A DNA stretch of 58,639 nt, from NCBI GenBank assembly GCA_034226945.1, contig CP120459.1:1054001-1112639 (forward strand). The letters are read 5' to 3'. Of this stretch, positions 35,984-49,808 are shown piece after piece; the first letter of the stretch is position 1; each line of letters starts with the position of its first letter. The notes beneath the pieces are model-generated. The model did not search any database and had not been told where the DNA came from. It saw nothing but the letters and a program-made list of their open reading frames with translations. Position numbers and translations under genes: made by a program. This stretch comes from Picochlorum sp. SENEW3. Its lineage: Eukaryota.

Positions 35984-36329
35984 GAATGTAATACATCATA
36001 TGCATGTAGCTATGTGACTGTATTGTTTGCTTTTTTTTTCGTATCACACATCAGGGATGTCCTCCTCTGCTTGTTTCCGAGGCCTTTGGAAGACGGTTGG
36101 TTTCTCCTCGCCGCTGATTTCCCACAGGAAAAACTTGGCGAGATTGATGGCTGCATTCACACCTCGTTGCCAGAAAACACACTCACATCCATTGTTCATG
36201 GACTTCAGTTTTCGTGAAAAACACTTGCAAAGTGTGTGAGAGAAAGCAGGATTGTGTTGCACAATTCTCTGTTACGTCGTCGGAAAGAAAGGCAATAAAA
36301 ATGTTGGCCATCCAAGTCCCGTTTCTTTA

Positions 36330-37870
36330 ACAGTCGTGGTCGCCCATTTTTATTGTATCTTTTTACGAACGAGGAGAGCGACGAACGCGACTTCTTCTTC
36401 TTCTTCCGGTCCAGCCGTTCGATGGACCGGACCATTGTGCGTATCCGTGGTGGTGTCAAAATCTCCACGCTGGTGTCACTTTTTGTGCAAAACTGTCCAC
36501 TTTTGTCGCGTGGTCGCCCTTTTTTATTGTGTCTTTTTACGGACGAAAACACAACGAGCGTTTTGTTATTGAAATCATGTCTCCGGTCAAATGGGTGACA
36601 GGAGCGGACACAGTTCAGTCAGAGAGCCACAGGGTTGATCCACGCTCAACTAGCGACCAAGCTCCCCTCTGTATACTTCGACAAAAAAATTGCTCTGTCT
36701 CTTAAGCATCATTGTGAAATCTAGAACATGGTTTACCTCCACAAATCGAGCCGAGTACAGATACTCTCAACAAGCATTCGTGCTCTTGGCGCAACACACT
36801 CGCTGCCACCCGTCTGCTTGATCTTGGTTGTCCTTTTTATGCCTTCTCATTGCCTTGATTCAACAGTATTGCAATGTCAATCAACGATTCGTGCAGAAAC
36901 CCATCACGAGAAAGAGAGGTCCTGGACGTCGTGGCTCTGTCCATTGTGGTTGCCAAGGCATTGCCGTGAAACGGTTAGGAGCCCCTCTCTGTGAATGTGG
37001 CCATACGTGGGTCGTATGATGGACTTATTATGGGTCTATGGATCATATGAATGGCCCTTCGTACCCATTGGTGACACCTCTGCAGGCCCCTCCTCCTCGT
37101 CCCAACCAATGTGATGCGAACGGAATTGACGACGACCACCTGTGTTTTAATGGGGACTTTCATTCGTCGCGGTGTCGACGGGACGTTGCAAGTATAATAA
37201 TGGCATGTTCAATGCAATTGGACGCTCTAGTAGACTGATCGATACACGCATCCCAAGTACCCAAGTGTTTTTCTGCTCTAATTGAACACAATAAAAAATT
37301 ATGACCAAAAAATTGGGCTCGAACCCGTCGCTCTTTTTTTCTTGTTCTCATTTACGGAGAGAAAAGAGTAGAGAGTTGAGTTGAGTTGAGCAAAAGTGAG
37401 TGAGTGACTTATTCTACTACTATCCAACGGGTCGACGGACCGGACCATTGTGCTATCCGTGATCGTGCCAAAAATTTCCACGCTGGTGTCACTTTTTTGC
37501 AACTGTCCACTTTTGTCGCGTGGTCGCCTTTTTTTATTGTGTCTTTTTACGGACGGAGACGACGAGCGCACTAGGCGTGATATCTCCGGTCGAATGGATG
37601 ACAGGAGCGGACACAATTCAGTGAGAGAGCCACAGGGTTGAACAAGTTAGCCTGCTCTTGGCGCAACACACTCACTGCCATCCGCCTGCTTGGTTTGCTT
37701 TCTTCTGTCGTCTCCTTGACTTGATTGGATACTATTTTTAGATGGTGGAGTGACAATCAAAGATAAATACTGAAACCCACCAGGAGAAGAAGAGGTTCCT
37801 CGACGTCGCGGCATGTTGCCATGGCTTTGTCGTGAACGGTTGGGGACAGTTTTCTCCCTCTGTAGCCATG
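36330..37870 (+). repeat. Diverged tandem duplication with ~1-kb period (about 36400-36990 and 37425-37865)
   Basis: Shared blocks GGACCGGACCATTGTG, CCACGCTGGTGTCACTTTTT, AACTGTCCACTTTTGTCGCGTGGTCGCC, GACAGGAGCGGACACA, GAGAGCCACAGGGTTGA, CTCTTGGCGCAACACACTC. Confidence 0.85.
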
Positions 37871-39469
37871 CGCTGGTGCTATACTATCAAAATTGATTTA
37901 TTATTATTATGAATGCATGAATCGTATTCATGGCTCTTCTTTTTCTTACCCCTCCTGGGGAGCGACTCCTATCTGCTGCGATGGGAGTGGAATTGGCGAC
38001 GATACACAGGATATTGTGTAGAAACATAGAACATTATCTATTGTCAGCATGCCAAATTTTTGATGCGTCGAATGTTGCGGTACCTTGCGTGATGAGGTCC
38101 CAGATACAGTGGTGGCAATAACGCATGTGTGACGCATGCTTGTTCCAAATTCTCTGACCGATTTCGCATCACGAGGTATGATGACGCATCCTGTGAGGTA
38201 TGCTGTACCTCGTTCCAGCTGGGGGGCAGTGACGGCAATATTGAGGGGCATTGAATTATATATAGATTTTACCAGGCGATAATTTGCCCCTAGTATGGAC
38301 AGTGCATGTTGTAGGCCTGTGGGATGCAACCTCTGGGCCTCTTGTGGTGAACCTACCGCATTGTTTGTCGTCGAACGTTGCTCTTTCGCTCTGTGCTTTC
38401 CGCTCTTTCTTTTTCTTTTTTCAACAGATGGATCGATTTGTCCTGCGAGCCTGGCGTGTGGCTTCTTCTTTTTTTTTTTTCTTGCCTCGGTTTTGAGGCT
38501 GTGCCTGCTCTTGTAATCTTTTCAACTCCTTTTCTTGGTTCTTGTTGCTTGGCGGGCTTTTGGATCTCAACTATTCGACACGGTGTCAAATACTAGTAGA
38601 GCCCCATTCAACAACCAACCTATTGAGGGTGAGCTCAGTCCCTTTCTTGTCACAGGCTCTTTTTGTATTGTTGTTCCAATCAATGTTGTTGATCTGGTAC
38701 AGAGACGCATGGGAATACATTCTGTTTGTTCTTTGTTGTCGTTTTGATTGTTGTTGTGTAGCAGAGAAACCTTTCTTTTTTTTTTCTTTAGTAGTTGTAG
38801 CTCCTACATTCATTCATCGAGTTCAGAGCAGCATCTCTTGTGATGGCCACATTCCCTAGTCTTTTGGTGGACAGACAACACCTATCATTTCAATCAAAAA
38901 CAGATTGAGTCTGCTATATATCTTTTGTTCTTGTATTGTTGATGTACAAGGATACGACATACTACTAGAAACACTGCTCAAAAAGCAGTCGCGTGTCAGG
39001 ACAGCAGGGGGTGTTGCATGATTCCCAACAGATCCCTGTGCATGTGTGTGAGTGTCCACATCCATCCTTATATTCACACGTTGCCCTACTTACCATACGA
39101 TAGAATAGATCGATTAGAACATATTTTTTCATCATTCGTGTTATTCTTGTGTTTTCTGAATCCACGAATCAGTGTGTGTGTGTGTGTGGAGATATGTATG
39201 GAGCTGTTTTGCTGTTTTGTTGGTTGAGTCTGTGGATGGTGGGTGAGCACACATTGTGTGCTATTGCTATTACTACTACTCTCTTCGTTGTTTCGTTGTT
39301 TCTACCTCTAGAGCAGCAACAGCAGTAACTATTGTTGTTTGTTTTTAGTAAACCGACAGTAATAGTAATAGTTGTAGAGAAGAAGAAGAACAAAAGGTGT
39401 AGTAGCAGAAGAGGTATCTCGTCAAAGGTCTTGTCTCCATCGGGAGGGGTAGATAGACTGAAGGCATCG

Positions 39470-41035
39470 GTCCGACAGAGTATTGGACCAATCAGTAAGG
39501 TCGGCCTCTTTTTCTTTTCTCGCGAGGCGTGTCCATCCGTAAATGAGGACAATAAAAAAGGACGACCATGAAACCACACGCTTTATCCGCTCGGCCACAC
39601 TCAGCGTGCTTTTTGTGGCTTTTTTCATCTCCCATCACAAGGGACGTTTGACCGGCAGTGTAGTTCTCTCCTCCATCAAACACCTCTTCTGATGGGAGCG
39701 CCTGGATATGTGGAGCACACAGCAGTCAGGAGGAGAGCTGATGAGCAGTCTTTCTTTGCTGTACTGTAAAAACACGACGAGATCTTCCCCATTCAAAGAC
39801 GCTGCGCAGTTCTATACTACTATTACTATCCTAATTGCAACTCATGAAGTCTATGTAAGTAAGTAAGTACGCGTGCCTCGCATGATGATGATATTGAGAG
39901 ATGCTCCAGCATTGCAGCTGCTGCAATGTTACTCTGGTGTTTGTCTCAGCTTGCTTGTTGTTGTTGTTGTGAAGACGACGATTTCTTTTCATTTTATTCT
40001 TGTTTCATGTCTTCTATTTATTCTTTTTATATATATACTACGACTATTATACCTCTCTCTATCTCATATGTATGTTGTCTGTGTAGGGTAGCTCCTGGTT
40101 CTTCTTCTTGTGTGCATGAGACTTGTGTGCTTTGTTCTGTTCTGTTATTATTGGTTGGTATTATTGCTCGTGTGGATTGTTGGTGTGCATGTTAATTATC
40201 ATTATTACTACTACTATTATGAGATATTTACTTTCTTCTACTTTTGATTGCTTTGCTTCTTTGTTGGTGTGTTCTCTTGTATTGTAGTAGCAGTAGCAGA
40301 TCTTGTGGTGTCAGAGGAGAAGTAGTTGTTTCACGTGGTGTGCGACACTTTGATGAGTGCTTTTTTTAAAACTATACTATACAACACCCTTTTTATTTTG
40401 TGTATTGGCTTGGTTGGTATATTTTTGGTGGTGGTCCCAGTCAAGTCAAGGGGTGATGGGAAGATCGCCATTCTTGTTGTCCCGAGAAGCTCCCTCTTCT
40501 TCAGACATGTGGCAGCAGACCTGTTTGATGTTTTGCCCTGGTTGTGCGACGTTTTTTTTACTGATGGGTGAGTATTATTATTGGTATTCTTCTTCTCCTT
40601 CTTACTTACTTACTTACTTAATATTGTGTCCTTCTGTTGATGTTGCTGTTGTTGTTGTGAAAAAGGACAGAGATTCTTTTCATTCATGCATAGCATAGTA
40701 TAGTATAGATTGTTGTTGTGTCATTATGATTATTATGAGATTTTTATCTTTTGATTTTGGTTTTGCTTTGCTAATTTTTGTGTTGGTTGCTGTTGTTGTT
40801 GTCTTCTCTTGTTGTTGTAGTAGGAGGAGGAGGAGGAGGAGCAGTAGTAGTAGCAGAGCTTGTGGTGTGCCGTGTCTTTTGTTGTTGTCGTTGTTGTTGT
40901 TGTATATATAGTATAGGTGCTTATTATACTACTTATTATTCTTCTTGATATTGTATTGTATATTCTCGTTCTTTTGGTGGTGTTTTTGGATGTTTTTTTG
41001 GTTGGTGTGTTTTTTTGGTTAGGGTATTTTGGTCT
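39470..41035 (+). repeat. Long diverged direct repeat, copy 1 (T/G-skewed, microsatellite-rich)
   Basis: Colinear blocks shared with 57400-58312, e.g. CCATCAAA.ACCTCTTCTGATGGGA, TTGTTGTTGTGAAGACGACGATTT and GGTTGGTGTG(T)nGGTTAGGGTATTTTGGTCTT. Confidence 0.8.
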
Positions 41036-41259
41036 TGTTGGTGGTGTTTTTTCCGAGTGGGTCCGTCGCATCTCGCACGCGGGCCGCGGGGGCCCGGCCG
41101 AGGCGGTCGCGCTCCTCCGGTCCGACCGGGCCTCCGACCGGGCCACTCGATCCACTTCAGAGGACGCGGCGGACGATTAGGGCAATGGCCCCTCGCGAGC
41201 TCGTTAGGGTATTTTCGGCGGTCGGGGGCCCCCAACGCCGCCTGGCCGGCCGTGTTTCC

Positions 41260-44200
41260 GCCTCCCCGCCATCCTCGCCGCATTTCGGGATATATGCGGT
41301 CCCTGTGGAGGGGCGGGACGGGGTCCAGCAGGCGATGGCGAGGCTGCAGCTCTGCACAAAGTTTTTCTCCAGTCGCACACGTCCCACAGTCGAGTGCCCT
41401 GCAGCGCCCGTGAGGTCCTGTAGGGTCCTCCTTGGCCTCCTCGCCGCATTTCGAGACATACAGGATACCTATGGAGGGGATGGATGGGGTCTATCACGCG
41501 ATGGCGAGGCTGCAGCTCTGCACAAAGTTTTCAATTTGCACATGTCCCGAGGTGGAGTGGCATCCAGGCGTTGTGAGGTCCTTCTCGACATCCTCGCCGC
41601 ATTTCGAGGCATGTACGATACCTATGGAGGGGATGGATGGGATCTATCACGCGATGGCGAGGCTGCAGCTCTGCGCAAAGTGTTCAATGTGCACATGTCC
41701 CGAGGTGGAGTGGCATCCAGGCGTTGTGAGGTCCTTCTCGACATCCTCGCCGCATTTTGAGGCATGTACGATACCTATGGAGGGGATGGATGGGGTCTAT
41801 CACGCGATGGCGAGGCTGCAGCTCTGCACAAAGTTTTCAATCCGCACATGTCCCGAGGTGTGGTGGCATCCAGGCGTTGTGAGGTCCTTCTTGGCATCCT
41901 CGCCGCATTTCGAGGCATGTACGATACCTATGGAGGGGATGGATGGGGTCTATCACGCGATGGCGAGGCTGCAGCTCTGCACAAAGTTTTCAATCTGCAC
42001 ATGTCCCGAGGTGTGGTGGCATCCAGGCGTTGTGAGGTCCTTCTTGGCATCCTCGCCGCATTTCGAGGCATGTACGATACCTATGGAGGGGATGGATGGG
42101 GTCTATCACGCGATGGCGAGGCTGCAGCTCTGCGCAAAGTGTTCAATTCGCACATGTCTCGAGGTGGAGTGGCATCCAGGCGTTGTGAGGTCCTTCTCGA
42201 CATCCTCGCCGCATTTCGAGACATGTACGGTACCTATGGAGGGGATGGATGGGGTCTATCACGCGATGGCGAGGCTGCACCTCTGCGCAAAGTGTTCAAT
42301 CTGCACATGTCCCGAGGTGGAGTGGCATCCAGGCGTTGTGAGGTCCTTCTCGACATCCTCGCCGCATTTCGAGACATGTACGATACCTATGGAGGGGATG
42401 GATGGGGTCTATCACGCGATGGCGAGGCTGCACCTCTGCGCAAAGTGTTCAATTCGCACATGTCCCGAGGTGGAGTGGCATCCAGGCGTTGTGAGGTCCT
42501 TCTCGACGTCCTCGCCGCATTTTGAGACATTGCCGATACCTATGGAGGGGATGGATGGGGTCTATCACGCGATGGCGAGCCTGCACCTCTGCACAAAGTG
42601 TTCAATTCGCACATGTCCCGAGGTGTGGTGGCATCCAGGCGTTGTGAGGTCCTTCTCGACGTCCTCGCCGCATTTCGAGACATGTACGATACCTATGGAG
42701 GGGATGGATGGGGTCTATCACGCGATGGCGAGCCTGCAGCTCTGCACAAAGTGTTCAATTGCACATGTCCCGAGGTGGAGTGGCATCCAGGCGTTGTGAG
42801 GTCCTTCTCGACATCCTCGCCGCATTTCGAGACATGTACGATACCTATGGAGGGGATGGATGGGGTCTATCACGCGATGGCGAGGCTGCAGCTCTGCACA
42901 AAGTGTTCAATTCGCACATGTCCCGAGGTGGAGTGGCATCCAGGCGTTGTGAGGTCCTTCTCGACATCCTCGCCGCATTTCGAGACATGTACGATACCTA
43001 TGGAGGGGATGGATGGGGTCTATCACGCGATGGCGAGGCTGCAGCTCTGCACAAAGTGTTCAATCTGCACATGTCCCGAGGTGGAGTGGCATCCAGGCGT
43101 TGTGAGGTCCTTCTCGACGTCCTCGCCGCATTTTGAGACATTGCCGATACCTATGGAGGGGATGGATGGGGTCTATCACGCGATGGCGAGGCTGCAGCTC
43201 TGCACAAAGTGTTCAATTTGCACATGTCCCGAGGTGTGGTGGCATCCAGGCGTTGTGAGGTCCTTCTCGACGTCCTCGCCGCATTTCGAGACATGTACGA
43301 TACCTATGGAGGGGATGGATGGGGTCTATCACGCGATGGCGAGCCTGCAGCTCTGCACAAAGTGTTCAATCTGCACATGTCCCGAGGTGGAGTGGCATCC
43401 AGGCGTTGTGAGGTCCTTCTCGACGTCCTCGCCGCATTTCGAGACATGTACGATACCTATGGAGGGGATGGATGGGGTCTATCACGCGATGGCGAGCCTG
43501 CAGCTCTGCACAAAGTGTTCAATCTGCACATGTCCCGAGGTGTGGTGGCATCCAGGCGTTGTGAGGTCCTTCTCGACGTCCTCGCCGCATTTCGAGACAT
43601 GTACGATACCTATGGAGGGGATGGATGGGGTCTATCACGCGATGGCGAGCCTGCACCTCTGCACAAAGTGTTCAATCTGCACATGTCCCGAGGTGTGGTG
43701 GCATCCAGGCGTTGTGAGGTCCTTCTCGACGTCCTCGCCGCATTTCGAGACATGTACGATACCTATGGAGGGGATGGATGGGGTCTATCACGCGATGGCG
43801 AGGCTGCAGCTCTGCACAAAGTGTTCAATCTGCACATGTCCCGAGGTGGAGTGGCATCCAGGCGTTGTGAGGTCCTTCTTGGCATCCTCGCCGCATTTCG
43901 AGACATGTACGATACCTATGGAGGGGATGGATGGGGTCTATCACGCGATGGCGAGGCTGCACCTCTGCGCAAAGTGTTCAATCCGCACATGTCCCGAGGT
44001 GGAGTGGCATCCAGGCGTTGTGAGGTCCTTCTCGACGTCCTCGCCGCATTTCGAGACATGTACGATACCTATGGAGGGGATGGATGGGGTCTATCACGCG
44101 ATGGCGAGCCTGCAGCTCTGCACAAAGTGTTCAATTTGCACATGTCCCGAGGTGGAGTGGCATCCAGGCGTTGTGAGGTCCTTCTCGACGTCCTCGCCGC

Positions 44201-47200
44201 ATTTCGAGGCATGTACGGTACCTATGGAGGGGATGGATGGGGTCTATCACGCGATGGCGAGGCTGCACCTCTGCGCAAAGTGTTCAATCTGCACATGTCC
44301 CGAGGTGGAGTGGCATCCAGGCGTTGTGAGGTCCTTCTCGACATCCTCGCCGCATTTCGAGACATGTACGATACCTATGGAGGGGATGGATGGGGTCTAT
44401 CACGCGATGGCGAGGCTGCAGCTCTGCACAAAGTGTTCAATTCGCACATGTCCCGAGGTGGAGTGGCATCCAGGCGTTGTGAGGTCCTTCTTGGCATCCT
44501 CGCCGCATTTCGAGACATGTACGATACCTATGGAGGGGATGGATGGGGTCTATCACGCGATGGCGAGGCTGCACCTCTGCACAAAGTGTTCAATCTGCAC
44601 ATGTCCCGAGGTGTGGTGGCATCCCGGCGTTGTGAGGTCCTTCTCGACGTCCTCGCCGCATTTCGAGACATGTACGATACCTATGGAGGGGATGGATGGG
44701 GTCTATCACGCGATGGCGAGGCTGCACCTCTGCACAAAGTGTTCAATCTGCACATGTCCCGAGGTGGAGTGGCATCCAGGCGTTGTGAGGTCCTTCTCGA
44801 CATCCTCGCCGCATTTCGAGACATGTACGATACCTATGGAGGGGATGGATGGGGTCTATCACGCGATGGCGAGGCTGCACCTCTGCACAAAGTGTTCAAT
44901 TCGCACATGTCCCAAGGTGGCGTGGCATCCAGGCGTTGTGAGGTCCTTCTCGACATCCTCGCCGCATTTCGAGACATGTACGATACCTATGGAGGGGATG
45001 GATGGGATCTACCACGGGATGGCGAGGCTGCAGTTCTGCACAAAGTGTTCAATTCGCACATGTCCCGAGGTGGAGTGGCATCCAGGCGTTGTGAGGTCCT
45101 TCTTGGCATCCTCGCCGCATTTCGAGACATGTACGATACCTATGGAGGGGATGGATGGGGTCTATCACGCGATGGCGAGGCTGCACCTCTGCGCAAAGTG
45201 TTCAATTCGCACATGTCCCGAGGTGTGGTGGCATCCAGGCGTTGTGAGGTCCTTCTCGACGTCCTCGCCGCATTTCGAGACATTGCCGATACCTATGGAG
45301 GGGATGGATGGGGTCTATCACGCGATGGCGAGGCTGCACCTCTGCACAAAGTGTTCAATTCGCACATGTCCCGAGGTGGAGTGGCATCCGGGCGTTGTGA
45401 GGTCCTTCTCGACATCCTCGCCGCATTTCGAGACATGTACGATACCTATGGAGGGGATGGATGGGGTCTATCACGCGATGGCGAGCCTGCAGCTCTGCAC
45501 AAAGTGTTCAATTCGCACATGTCCCGAGGTGGAGTGGCATCCAGGCGTTGTGAGGTCCTTCTCGACGTCCTCGCCGCATTTCGAGACATGTACGATACCT
45601 ATGGAGGGGATGGATGGGGTCTATCACGCGATGGCGAGGCTGCACCTCTGCACAAAGTGTTCAATTCGCACATGTCCCGAGGTGTGGTGGCATCCCGGCG
45701 TTGTGAGGTCCTTCTCGACGTCCTCGCCGCATTTCGAGACATGTACGATACCTATGGAGGGGATGGATGGGGTCTATCACGCGATGGCGAGGCTGCACCT
45801 CTGCACAAAGTGTTCAATTCGCACATGTCCCGAGGTGGAGTGGCATCCAGGCGTTGTGAGGTCCTTCTCGACATCCTCGCCGCATTTCGAGACATGTACG
45901 ATACCTATGGAGGGGATGGATGGGGTCTATCACGCGATGGCGAGGCTGCACCTCTGCACAAAGTGTTCAATTCGCACATGTCCCGAGGTGGAGTGGCATC
46001 CGGGCGTTGTGAGGTCCTTCTCGACGTCCTCGCCGCATTTCGAGACATGTACGATACCTATGGAGGGGATGGATGGGGTCTATCACGCGATGGCGAGGCT
46101 GCAGCTCTGCGCAAAGTGTTCAATTCGCACATGTCCCGAGGTGTGGTGGCATCCAGGCGTTGTGAGGTCCTTCTCGACGTCCTCGCCGCATTTCGAGACA
46201 TGTACGATACCTATGGAGGGGATGGATGGGGTCTATCACGCGATGGCGAGGCTGCAGCTCTGCACAAAGTGTTCAATTTGCACATGTCCCGAGGTGGCGT
46301 GGCATCCAGGCGTTGTGAGGTCATTCTCGACGTCCTCGCCGCATTTCGAGACATGTACGATACCTATGGAGGGGATGGATGGGGTCTATCACGCGATGGC
46401 GAGCCTGCAGCTCTGCACAAAGTGTTCAATTCGCACATGTCCCGAGGTGTGGTGGCATCCAGGCGTTGTGAGGTCCTTCTCGACGTCCTCGCCGCATTTC
46501 GAGACATGTACGATACCTATGGAGGGGATGGATGGGGTCTATCACGCGATGGCGAGGCTGCAGCTCTGCACAAAGTGTTCAATTCGCACATGTCCCGAGG
46601 TGTGGTGGCATCCAGGCGTTGTGAGGTCCTTCTCGACGTCCTCGCCGCATTTCGAGACATTGCCGATACCTATGGAGGGGATGGATGGGGTCTATCACGC
46701 GATGGCGAGCCTGCACCTCTGCACAAAGTGTTCAATTCGCACATGTCCCGAGGTGTGGTGGCATCCAGGCGTTGTGAGGTCCTTCTCGACGTCCTCGCCG
46801 CATTTCGAGACATGTACGATACCTATGGAGGGGATGGATGGGGTCTATCACGCGATGGCGAGCCTGCAGCTCTGCACAAAGTGTTCAATTTGCACATGTC
46901 CCGAGGTGGAGTGGCATCCAGGCGTTGTGAGGTCCTTCTCGACGTCCTCGCCGCATTTCGAGGCATGTACGGTACCTATGGAGGGGATGGATGGGGTCTA
47001 TCACGCGATGGCGAGGCTGCACCTCTGCACAAAGTGTTCAATTCGCACATGTCCCGAGGTGGAGTGGCATCCAGGCGTTGTGAGGTCCTTCTCGACATCC
47101 TCGCCGCATTTCGAGACATTGCCGATACCTATGGAGGGGATGGATGGGGTCTATCACGCGATGGCGAGGCTGCACCTCTGCACAAAGTGTTCAATTCGCA

Positions 47201-49808
47201 CATGTCCCGAGGTGTGGTGGCATCCAGGCGTTGTGAGGTCCTTCTCGACGTCCTCGCCGCATTTCGAGACATGTACGATACCTATGGAGGGGATGGATGG
47301 GGTCTATCACGCGATGGCGAGGCTGCAGCTCTGCACAAAGTGTTCAATTCGCACATGTCCCGAGGTGTGGTGGCATCCAGGCGTTGTGAGGTCCTTCTCG
47401 ACGTCCTCGCCGCATTTCGAGACATGTACGATACCTATGGAGGGGATGGATGGGGTCTATCACGCGATGGCGAGGCTGCAGCTCTGCACAAAGTGTTCAA
47501 TTTGCACATGTCCCGAGGTGGAGTGGCATCCAGGCGTTGTGAGGTCCTTCTCGACATCCTCGCCGCATTTCGAGACATTGCCGATACCTATGGAGGGGAT
47601 GGATGGGGTCTATCACGCGATGGCGAGGCTGCACCTCTGCGCAAAGTGTTCAATTCGCACATGTCCCGAGGTGGAGTGGCATCCAGGCGTTGTGAGGTCC
47701 TTCTTGGCATCCTCGCCGCATTTCGAGACATGTACGATACCTATGGAGGGGATGGATGGGGTCTATCACGCGATGGCGAGGCTGCACCTCTGCACAAAGT
47801 GTTCAATTCGCACATGTCCCGAGGTGTGGTGGCATCCAGGCGTTGTGAGGTCCTTCTCGACGTCCTCGCCGCATTTCGAGACATGTACGATACCTATGGA
47901 GGGGATGGATGGGGTCTATCACGCGATGGCGAGGCTGCAGCTCTGCACAAAGTGTTCAATCTGCACATGTCCCGAGGTGTGGTGGCATCCAGGCGTTGTG
48001 AGGTCCTTCTCGACATCCTCGCCGCATTTCGAGACATTGCCGATACCTATGGAGGGGATGGATGGGGTCTATCACGCGATGGCGAGCCTGCACCTCTGCA
48101 CAAAGTGTTCAATTTGCACATGTCCCGAGGTGTGGTGGCATCCAGGCGTTGTGAGGTCCTTCTCGACGTCCTCGCCGCATTTCGAGACATGTACGATACC
48201 TATGGAGGGGATGGATGGGGTCTATCACGCGATGGCGAGCCTGCAGCTCTGCACAAAGTGTTCAATTGCACATGTCCCGAGGTGGAGTGGCATCCAGGCG
48301 TTGTGAGGTCATTCTCGACGTCCTCGCCGCATTTCGAGACATGTACGATACCTATGGAGGGGATGGATGGGGTCTATCACGCGATGGCGAGGCTGCACCT
48401 CTGCGCAAAGTGTTCAATCTGCACATGTCCCGAGGTGGAGTGGCATCCAGGCGTTGTGAGGTCCTTCTCGACATCCTCGCCGCATTTCGAGACATGTACG
48501 ATACCTATGGAGGGGATGGATGGGGTCTATCACGCGATGGCGAGGCTGCAGCTCTGCACAAAGTGTTCAATTCGCACATGTCCCGAGGTGGAGTGGCATC
48601 CAGGCGTTGTGAGGTCCTTCTTGGCATCCTCGCCGCATTTCGAGACATGTACGATACCTATGGAGGGGATGGATGGGGTCTATCACGCGATGGCGAGGCT
48701 GCACCTCTGCACAAAGTGTTCAATTCGCACATGTCCCGAGGTGTGGTGGCATCCAGGCGTTGTGAGGTCCTTCTCGACGTCCTCGCCGCATTTCGAGACA
48801 TTGCCGATACCTATGGAGGGGATGGATGGGGTCTATCACGCGATGGCGAGCCTGCAGCTCTGCGCAAAGTGTTCAATTCGCACATGTCTCGAGGTGGAGT
48901 GGCATCCGGGCGTTGTGAGGTCCTTCTCGACATCCTCGCCGCATTTTGAGACATGTACGATACCTATGGAGGGGATGGATGGGGTCTATCACGCGATGGC
49001 GAGCCTGCAGCTCTGCACAAAGTGTTCAATCTGCACATGTCCCGAGGTGGAGTGGCATCCAGGCGTTGTGAGGTCCTTCTCGACGTCCTCGCCGCATTTC
49101 GAGACATGTACGATACCTATGGAGGGGATGGATGGGGTCTATCACGCGATGGCGAGGCTGCAGCTCTGCACAAAGTGTTCAATTCGCACATGTCCCGAGG
49201 TGGAGTGGCATCCAGGCGTTGTGAGGTCCTTCTCGACGTCCTCGCCGCATTTCGAGACATTGCCGATACCTAAGGAGGGGATGGATGGGGTCTATCACGC
49301 GATGGCGAGCCTGCACCTCTGCACAAAGTGTTCAATCCGCACATGTCCCGAGGTGTGGTGGCATCCCGGCGTTGTGAGGTCCTTCTCGACGTCCTCGCCG
49401 CATTTCGAGACATGTACGATACCTATGGAGGGGATGGATGGGGTCTATCACGCGATGGCGAGGCTGCACCTCTGCACAAAGTGTTCAATTCGCACATGTC
49501 TCGAGGTGGCGTGTCATCCAGGCGTTGTGAGGTCCTTCTCGACGTCCTCGCCGCATTTCGAGACATTGCCGATACCTATGGAGGGGATGGATGGGGTCTA
49601 TCACGCGATGGCGAGGCTGCAGCTCTGCACAAAGTGTTCAATTCGCACATGTCCCAAGGTGGCGTGTCATCCAGGCGTTGTGAGGTCCTTCTTGGCATCC
49701 TCGCCGCATTTCGAGACATATACGATACCTATGGAGGGGATGGATGGGATCTACCACGGGATGGCGAGGCTGCAGTTCTGCACAAAGTGTTCAATTCGCA
49801 CATGTCCC
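41260..49808 (+). repeat. Tandem array of 153-bp monomers: 55 regular copies plus a degenerate first unit
   Basis: The anchor GCACATG recurs every 153 bp from 41538 to 49798 (8260 bp = 54x153 minus two 1-bp deletions). Monomers differ only at a small set of recurrent variant sites. Confidence 0.97.

Noticed and set aside
36530..37556. TTTTTACGG motifs as extra Fanzor TIR copies
   Set aside because: Only ~9 bp match the TIR end, with no adjacent TA and no AAACGAAAT part.
39870..41030. Hydrophobic short ORFs as membrane proteins (also 57973-58203)
   Set aside because: By-products of T/G-rich microsatellite sequence.
41420..49808. CRISPR-like or guide array
   Set aside because: Monomers are similar along their whole length, with no unique spacers between constant repeats.
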